DNA from: an uncultured Nitrososphaeraceae archaeon
GTDB lineage: Archaea > Thermoproteota > Nitrososphaeria > Nitrososphaerales > Nitrososphaeraceae
Direction of reading: 5' to 3'
Assembly: GCA_963765895.1 (NCBI GenBank)
Contig: CAVXZB010000087.1
Span: 66,880-130,879, forward strand
DNA length: 64,000 bases
Position 1 is the first letter of the stretch. Every line of letters begins with the position of its first letter. Below the pieces are notes generated by a model. It did not search any database. It was not told where the DNA came from and saw only the letters and a program-made list of their open reading frames with translations. The position numbers and the translations under genes are program-made. Positions 56,415 to 64,000 of this stretch are shown here, piece by piece.

Positions 56415-56591
56415 ATGGAAAAAGTATGTGATGAATGCAGTCAGCAATTAAAGGATGATTCGGATCTCGCAGCACATTTAAACCAGTACCATAGAAGATC
56501 ATTTTGTGCTGCATGCAAAAAAGAATTTGACAACCCTGAAGCTCTGCAGATCCATGTAAAAAATGTTCATGGACTGCATCATAATATCTGA
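56415..56591 (+). CDS. Small double C2H2 zinc-finger protein
   Basis: CDEC...HLNQYH and CAAC...HVKNVH. Confidence 0.85.
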   Translation: MEKVCDECSQQLKDDSDLAAHLNQYHRRSFCAACKKEFDNPEALQIHVKNVHGLHHNI

Positions 56592-56647
56592 ATTCCCTTA
56601 ATATCTAAAGTTATAACTAACATCTGTTTGATTTATTAGAACTCGAC

Positions 56648-58009
56648 ATGAAATTAGATCAATTATTTGAAAGTGCGAAAAATGTTTTACAAGGTAATTG
56701 GAATGGAAATTTTACGATTCCTTCACCAACACTTTATCCACATCAATGGAGTTGGGATTCTGCATTTATAGCCATAGGCAATTCGTATTCCAATACCGAG
56801 AGGGCCATCAAAGAAATAGAATTCCTGTTTGATGCACAGTGGAATAATGGAATGGTACCCCATATTGTCTTTAATGATAAAGAAAAAACATATTTTCCTG
56901 CTGCTGACTTTTATGAGATAACCAGGTCGCCATATGCTCCCAAACATATAGGAACCTCTGGTATGACACAGCCTCCAATGCATGCTATAGCTTGTTACTA
57001 TATTTATCATAACGATACTGATAGTCAGAAAACAAAATCAAAACAATTCTTAAGAAATATATATTCCAAGTTAAAACTTTTCCATAAATATCTAATGACA
57101 GATAGAGATCCAGAGAAGTCTGGCCTAGTCACTATATTACACCCTTGGGAATCAGGTCTTGATGATGCCCCAGTATGGGATCATGCACTATCCAAAATAA
57201 AGATAGAACACGTTCTGAAATTTCAAAGATTAGATGTCGTTGCTGTAGATGGTGCAAAGAACACAATTCCAAGTGATGATATGTACAACAAATTTATTTA
57301 TATGATAGAACTAATGAAACAGTTTAACTATGACGAAAAAAGAATGTATGAAAATTTTCCTTTCAAAATAAAGGCCGTAATTTTTAGTAGTATACTGTAT
57401 ATTGCAAATAAATACCTAATAAAAATTGCTGAAATAATAGAAGAAAAAGATACAGAGGAGATAAGAGAATGGATATCTAGATGTGAAAAGAATTTTTATA
57501 AATATTTTTTCCCCACAGGACAAAAGTTAGAACAAAAGGAAGATGGATTATTTTACAACTACGATATTATAAGTAAAGACTGGATTCAAAAGAAAACGAT
57601 ATCATCACTGGTTCCGATCTATACCGGACTAATACCTGATGAACAAATTCCCTCATTCCTAAAGTGGATATTACGTTGGAGCGGTACAGATAGTAAAAGT
57701 CATACTGCTGCGCTGTCTAGCGTGGATGTACAAGAACCGTATTTTAAGGAATTTACATATTGGAGGGGTCCTGTCTGGGTGAACACTAATTGGATGATAT
57801 ATTTGGGTCTTTTAAAATATGGCCAATTAGATGCGGCAGAGCGGATAAAACAGGGAATTCTTGAATTGGTGAGTAATCATGGATTTAGGGAATATTACGA
57901 CGCATATACAGGTGAGGGATTAGGTGGAAAATCATTCTCCTGGACAGCCTCCCTAGTAATGGATATGATAAAAAATACGGGAATTGGAATTCCATCTACT
58001 GGTGGATAG
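56648..58009 (+). CDS. GH63 glycoside hydrolase (mannosyl/glucosylglycerate hydrolase-like)
   Basis: LYPHQWSWDSAF, GMTQPP, HPWESGLDD, YWRGPVW, FREYY, FSWTA. Confidence 0.9.
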   Translation: MKLDQLFESAKNVLQGNWNGNFTIPSPTLYPHQWSWDSAFIAIGNSYSNTERAIKEIEFLFDAQWNNGMVPHIVFNDKEKTYFPAADFYEITRSPYAPKHIGTSGMTQPPMHAIACYYIYHNDTDSQKTKSKQFLRNIYSKLKLFHKYLMTDRDPEKSGLVTILHPWESGLDDAPVWDHALSKIKIEHVLKFQRLDVVAVDGAKNTIPSDDMYNKFIYMIELMKQFNYDEKRMYENFPFKIKAVIFSSILYIANKYLIKIAEIIEEKDTEEIREWISRCEKNFYKYFFPTGQKLEQKEDGLFYNYDIISKDWIQKKTISSLVPIYTGLIPDEQIPSFLKWILRWSGTDSKSHTAALSSVDVQEPYFKEFTYWRGPVWVNTNWMIYLGLLKYGQLDAAERIKQGILELVSNHGFREYYDAYTGEGLGGKSFSWTASLVMDMIKNTGIGIPSTGG

Positions 58010-58088
58010 ATACAAGTGAGGATATCGAATACCATGAATCTAACATGCATTTTTATAGATGACGCTTACGCATCGTAGTAGAATTATT

Positions 58089-58925
58089 ATGGCTGATCAA
58101 AATAATAAAAAAAAGGTTGCAATTATAACTGGTTCCAGTGAAGGAATTGGAAGAGCTATAGCAATTGAATTTGCAAAATCAAAAGAATATTCGGGCATAG
58201 TTACAAATTCTAGAAAAATAGAACGAGCACAGCGTATATCTGATGAGATAAATCTTTTGGATTGTAATTCAATTGCGATTCAGGCAGATGTTTCAAAAGA
58301 AAGCGATTGTATAAAGCTTATCGAAGAAACTATTAAAAAATATGATCGAATAGATGTTTTAGTAAACAATGCAGGAATTCAGCAGGACGTACCTTTTGAA
58401 GAAACAAGCATTGAGGAATGGTACAAGATAATCGGAGTTGATCTCACTGGGCCATTTGTATGTAGTAGAGAAGCGGTCAAACATATGAAAAAGCAGCAAC
58501 ACCCAAGAGGTGGATGTATTATAAATATATCATCAGTACATCAAACTATACCAAAGCCACATTATGTGCCTTATGCTACGTCTAAGGCTGGAATTGAGAT
58601 GATGACTAAGACTATGGCTCTAGAATTAGCTAAAGATAACATCAGAGTAAATTTGGTAGCTCCTGGGGCTATAGATACAGATATGAATACTATCCTAAGA
58701 AACAATAAAACAGAATTAGATAGTGTCCTTAAACTAATACCAATGGGGAAAATTGGCTCTGCAAATGACGTAGCAAACGTAGTTGAATTCTTGGCCTCAA
58801 ATAAGGCAAGCTATATCACCGGAGCATCATTTTTTGTTGATGGGGGCATGACATTATACCCTGGTTTTGGTGTAAGTGCTGAACATAATACAGAGAATCA
58901 TAGTAATACAGCAATTAGAAAGTAG
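58089..58925 (+). CDS. SDR oxidoreductase, glucose 1-dehydrogenase-like
   Basis: TGSSEGIG, NNAGIQ, SSVHQ.IP, YATSK, VDGGMTLYP. Confidence 0.88.
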   Translation: MADQNNKKKVAIITGSSEGIGRAIAIEFAKSKEYSGIVTNSRKIERAQRISDEINLLDCNSIAIQADVSKESDCIKLIEETIKKYDRIDVLVNNAGIQQDVPFEETSIEEWYKIIGVDLTGPFVCSREAVKHMKKQQHPRGGCIINISSVHQTIPKPHYVPYATSKAGIEMMTKTMALELAKDNIRVNLVAPGAIDTDMNTILRNNKTELDSVLKLIPMGKIGSANDVANVVEFLASNKASYITGASFFVDGGMTLYPGFGVSAEHNTENHSNTAIRK

Positions 58926-59389
58926 TCTTTTTCTGACATCAGTATCTCTTTTTTGCCTCATGTTTGATATATTATAGATTTCTACTTACATAAGTGCAGC
59001 CATATGTATACAGGAGTACAAGTTGTCGAAATGGATATATATCTATCTGTGCACATTTTCTATACTCTGAAATAGATCAGAAATTAATAGTGAATTTAGG
59101 CCGCGTAACCACAATGTGGAACGATGCCTGATAATGTCTCATAACGCGATACACTCTTCAGTAATTAGACATATCTTTTTATCACGCAAATTGAATACAT
59201 TACCTTTAATCAATTGATCGTTGCTCTCCTAACCTCTTTTTGAACAGAGAATCTAGGACGGAGACTTCAAGGTGGTGTACACAATACTACATTGCACTAC
59301 TATGATCAACATTCTATCATCACTGTCCAGAAAATAGACATGATCTTAAATACATCATAATCATTAATTTACCACAGCATACATGCCCT

Positions 59390-60091
59390 TTGGATTTGGT
59401 AGGCAGCAAGAAAAAGAATGCCAGCCTATTTACTACAAAGATAAAGGATAGAGATGAGTTAGCTGAGATAACCAAGATTGCTGAAATGTTAAATCCTGAT
59501 GAGCAGGTCTTACTTGTTGCAAAGCAATCCAGAATAAAACCAGGAGGATCCTACATGACACCAAATATAGTATATGCTACAGACAGAAGGATAATCATAA
59601 GAGATCCATACATGCTAGGGCTTAAGGAAAATATTGTCGATATCCCATACGATATTATTACAAGTGTCAAGCTTGAGAAGAATATCTTGTCATCTACAAT
59701 TAAGTTCAAAGCTCCGGGGTTAGTCAGTTCTACTAGATTAGGTATGATGGAAGAGATCATTGATGGACAGGAGGATGAAGAAGGTGGGAAAATTGAATCA
59801 ATATCAAAGAAAAAAGCAGAGGATTTAGTTGAAATAATAAGATCCGGAATGCAAGGTAGTAAAAAAGCACCTTACACTCTATCAAACAAACAAGATGGAG
59901 CATCAGTTCAAGTACAATCAGAACCTCTAGAAAATGAAGGAACGAGGATAAATACTCGAATTCAATCAGATAACCATCCAGTAACATCGATAGCTGATGA
60001 ATTAGCTAAACTTGCAAGGCTAAAGGACCAAGGGGTAATTACGGAGGCAGAATTTGTACTGATGAAAGGTAATCTGATAAAGAAAACGTAG
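59390..60091 (+). CDS. Bacterial-type PH domain plus SHOCT domain protein
   Basis: ATDRRII...IPYDIITSV and DELAKLARLKDQGVITEAEF. Confidence 0.85.
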   Translation: MDLVGSKKKNASLFTTKIKDRDELAEITKIAEMLNPDEQVLLVAKQSRIKPGGSYMTPNIVYATDRRIIIRDPYMLGLKENIVDIPYDIITSVKLEKNILSSTIKFKAPGLVSSTRLGMMEEIIDGQEDEEGGKIESISKKKAEDLVEIIRSGMQGSKKAPYTLSNKQDGASVQVQSEPLENEGTRINTRIQSDNHPVTSIADELAKLARLKDQGVITEAEFVLMKGNLIKKT

Positions 60092-60612
60092 TGCGAGGTA
60101 GGCCCAAGCCATCATTATGTCTTAATATCATCAAAAATCAGAGTCAATATTATTATATTCAATAATCGTCCTTAGACTCTTCTATAGAGTAATAGAATTC
60201 TTAGGTGAAGTCGCGCGGATCCAGTTCTATATATAGAACGTGTAATTGTATCTAATGTTTAGAAAGTCAACCCTGACGGATAAATATCGCTGATGGTGAA
60301 CACGATATTACATGAAAATTATGTACAGATTTGATCCGTCAGAATATCAAAAGCATCCAATAATATCCTCGTTGTGCAGTTTTTCATACAGACTCTGATA
60401 GACGAGTGTCCATAGGTTAGGCAGCAGAGCCTTGATTATAATTAGTTCATTTAATCCTACAATTATGAAGATATTACAATTAGTAAGTTTTATAAAAAGA
60501 TAACAGACATTCATGAAATAGTAAAAATAATTTTCATTATTGGGTTTAATAGAAACGCTCACAAATAATTATTGATATGGGATGACTGTATACTATTATA
60601 ATGGTGGGCAAG

Positions 60613-61082
60613 ATGACGGGATCTTACGATAGCAGGCAACAATACTACTAGTTCTAATAATATCACTGTAGAAACAAGTAAGGAAAAGGAAAAAGACCAC
60701 TTTCTCAAAAAGATCCTTATCATAGATGATGACCCTGATATTACTTTAACCTTCACAGTGTGGTTAGATGGGTACCATTATAAGAAAAGAAGGTTTGATG
60801 TATATACTTACAATAATCCGATAACAGCATTATCAGAATTCAAACCAAACTTTTACGATGTAATGCTAACTGATATTAACATGCCATATATGAATGGATT
60901 TGAAATATGTAAGAAGATACTGGAATTAGATGTCAACGTTAGAGTATGTTTTATATCTTCAGCAGATGTGGATATCGAGCTCTAAGGGAAGTATATCCAA
61001 AAGTAAGAAGTACTGGATGTTTTATCAAAAACCAGTTACGATAAATTATCTAGCTAAAAGACTAAATGCGGATTTAGATTAG
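60613..61082 (+). CDS. Stand-alone response-regulator receiver, frameshifted
   Basis: ILIIDDDPDI, DINMPYMNGFE, VCFISS. Confidence 0.75.
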
Positions 61083-61388
61083 TAGTAATAGCATCATCGT
61101 CATCAACAGTTCTTATAAATCAAGAATCTGTTTTACTTGGACCATCGTCTGGTGCCTCCAACTTCCATCGCTGGCGGTTCAAACTGGAAAGAGAGATAGA
61201 TTGAGTGGAAGGATTATCAACACTTATTGTTGACTTTCTCAGAAAAAATCTATCGACAATATAAATGACATATGAGTCCACGGCAAACCTTAAACTAATA
61301 TAATATGATAAGGGTTACAGATTTTTTGCGCTCTTACCGAAATGCCTACTCTAAATGAATATTCATAGCTAATTTATCTTATAGTTAG

Positions 61389-62336
61389 CTATCGATCTCG
61401 GATGTACTGTATATGAATAAGATGCATCACCGTCCTGAACGAACCTTTATTATCTATAGTCATTTTTAATTGCGAAAGGATCTTGTTAAGCTGCGATTGT
61501 ATATCTGGAGCTGCATTTTTATTATTAGAGGCTGGCGACTTAAGATACTTTGAAACAATTTCTTGAGCTTGCTTGACATATGCCTTTGCATTCTGATATT
61601 GTGATTCATTAGCTATATTCATTTTATTAGCCATGGCGGGTATCTTGTTGTTGCTATTGACATTCAATTTCATAGTTGCGACCATGTTAGCCAACTTTGG
61701 ATATGGAAATCCAAGTGCCTGACCGTAGCTATAAAATATTTCATTTCCAATATTAGCCAGCACAAGCGCCTGATTTGTAGAATTATTTACAGCGTCTTTG
61801 TTTACTCTTGCAGATATAGCCTCATCTAGTAGTCCACCAAGTGTATCTATTTTGTCCTTAATGACAGAGCTGTTATTGGATAGCGAAGGTTTATTATTAA
61901 TGGCCGTTGTAGGTGTATCTTGGCTTAAGGAAATCTTCAAATCATTTAATTCCCTAGTAAGATCCTTTGCAACTCGTTGATTTTTTTCTGCAATTTCTTG
62001 ACTCCATGTAAAATTGTTTATGGGATCTTTTTCGTTTAATAGTGCTATTGCCTGCATCACATGGGCTTGAACTGATTTGGCATCACTATAATATTATTAT
62101 TATTATTATTATTATTAGTATTAGTATGTATTAGTAGTAGTAGTGCCATTTAAAACCAGATTCTCAATTAGATTTAACTGAGAATGCACTTGGGCTACTG
62201 AGTAAGAAACAATGAATTTTCATTCTGGGAAAAAGTGTGTCCGTATATAAGGAGATGCCGCTATCATCATCAAAGTCGTAAGTATAGACATTGTGCTGAT
62301 AACCAAGATTTCAAATAAATGATGGTTGGCCCTCAC
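61389..62336 (-). CDS. Secreted helical hypothetical protein, frameshifted, with poly-Asn tract
   Basis: 223-aa ORF plus upstream signal-like and HSQLNLIENL segments; (AAT)n microsatellite near 62090-62118. Confidence 0.6.
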
Positions 62337-62350
62337 GCTAATATCCTACT

Positions 62351-63943
62351 TTAAAAGTTTTCTTTAACGAACCTATTTAGTTTCATCCCATCTATCTTGT
62401 TAAGTATTATTTCATCATTGAATATATTTTTCTTTCCCTTGTACGCTCTAACCCTTGCAACAAAGGCTTCTTGGTCTTCTGAGTCATTTAATTTAGCTGA
62501 AGTCTTCATGTATAACTCTGGACCTTTTGCAAGCATCCCTTTTTCACCTTCAGCTGTAAGTATATAATTCTCTTGGCTACTAGCACTTGCGTTACCCTTT
62601 GTAATTTCTTTATGTGGTCGAACAAATCTTAGATCGTATCTATTGATCTTATCCTCAATGGTGAGTTTCATTTTATCCTCTTTGTAATCTTTTTCAATTC
62701 TCATGACATACTTTTGTAATGCTTCTAGTTCCAGCATATTATTAGATTCTTCTGAACTATTAGATGATGACTGTTCAGTTTGGCTCTTCCAGATTTGATT
62801 TTTCTTGTCCAGTTGTATTTGGTATTGACATTGACATTCGGATATTATCCTTGTCAGTCCAGAGCATTCCCTCTCTTGCTACAGTAATTTTGAATTTACC
62901 ATCATTTCCCGTAATCTTAAGGTATGAATCTATTGTCTTTTGCAATTCGTCTGACGTCATAGGTTTGGCAGGCCCTCTAAACCATTGATTTTTTGCATTT
63001 TCAAAATCTGATAAACCTCTATAATGAACTAGGTAACATTGTTTAGCATTCCACTCTCTAACTATATTAAACGATTCTGTAACAGATATTAAGCCAGTTT
63101 CAGGATGCTGATTAAAGCTCTGTGTCCCTAAAATCAATAAATCAGGATTCCACAATAAACTCTCATCTGCAGATTTTAAGGATAGAAAGTCCCAACCAAT
63201 GACTATCTTCTTGTTGTCAGGCAGTCTGACGACATAAATTACTGAACCTGCCGAGTTTTCGCCATGATAAGCTTCTATCGGTATAATTGACAGTGAACCT
63301 ACCTCAAAGGCCTTGTTTGGTTCTATAACCTTAAAAGATATTTTAGAATTTACATTGCTAGCATCAACCATTTCAGTAATGACCGGGAATTGGGCAAGAA
63401 TCTGATCCCGACATTGTGCTGTACAAAATATTTCAAAGGTAGCATCGTTGGACAATCGCCTTATATTTTCCAATAGTAATGGTAAATCCTGTATATGATC
63501 ATCATGTGCATGGGTTATGAGAAGAGCATTTGGTAGATAGAATGCATCCTGAGATGTATCTGACGCGTCTTTTGTAATTCCCATCATTCCTGAGGTTCTA
63601 GAATTAGCAACTGGTGTCCTAATGTAAGCATTGGCAGAAGTGAAATCCGATATATTCCTGATAGACTGCAAACTGTCCAAAACTCCATTACCAATATCAA
63701 CAAGTAGATGAAAAGTCAACTGATTTTCAGATTCTGCTTGACTTCCATAATTTTCCATAAATCCAATTGGCAAAGGACTTTTTGATGCTTTCTTTTTCAT
63801 TAAGAACAATGAACACGAAGTGTTTGCACTAATACCATTCTTCTTTACTTCTGCTCCGCGTTCTGATTCCTGCTCGTCTCCTATTGTACTTATGCTGGCA
63901 AGACCCTGATAACTATATAATCAAGATCTGATTGCTCCATCAT
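62351..63943 (-). CDS. Metallo-beta-lactamase-fold hydrolase with extra C-terminal domain, frameshifted
   Basis: LLVDIG, THAHDDH, YHG, LVHY. Deleting one A near 62780 fuses 62775-63809 to 62351-62737. Confidence 0.8.
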
Positions 63944-64000
63944 ACGAATCAATAATATTAATGATAACATATTAGATAAATGTAACGGTTCGATGTATCG

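Noticed and set aside
62775-63809. PqqB assignment for the MBL protein
   Set aside because: No pqqA/C/D/E nearby and the motifs are generic MBL.
1-64000. tRNA, rRNA, provirus or defence island
   Set aside because: No cloverleaf or rRNA-like tracts, integrase, capsid or recognisable defence genes seen by eye.

Overview
AT-rich, low-coding-density archaeal DNA. Gene content (cupredoxins, PKD-repeat surface protein, PsbP-like and PQQ-sugar-dehydrogenase proteins, many small Zn fingers, TATA-box promoters) fits a soil ammonia-oxidising archaeon of the Nitrososphaerales; this taxonomy is inference. The window is accessory in character. I saw no rRNA, tRNA, CRISPR or core amo genes. It holds one complete ISH1-group IS5 element with terminal inverted repeats and an 8-bp target duplication. 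More than a dozen genes are split, mostly by single extra bases, which looks like uncorrected long-read error, so I rejoined them by hand. Most interesting: (1) a cobalamin-binding protein with the CarH W-x9-EH motif but a non-MerR N-terminus, in a gene cluster whose promoters share a GTGCCTAA-type motif; (2) a CmtR-like ArsR sensor paired with a P1B ATPase that has a non-canonical last helix; (3) several secreted His-rich or low-complexity peptides; (4) a near-identical 17-bp palindrome at the same distance from two distant TATA boxes; (5) an apparently circularly permuted Phi-1/EXORDIUM-like gene missed by the ORF track. All family assignments come from motif recognition, not database searches.
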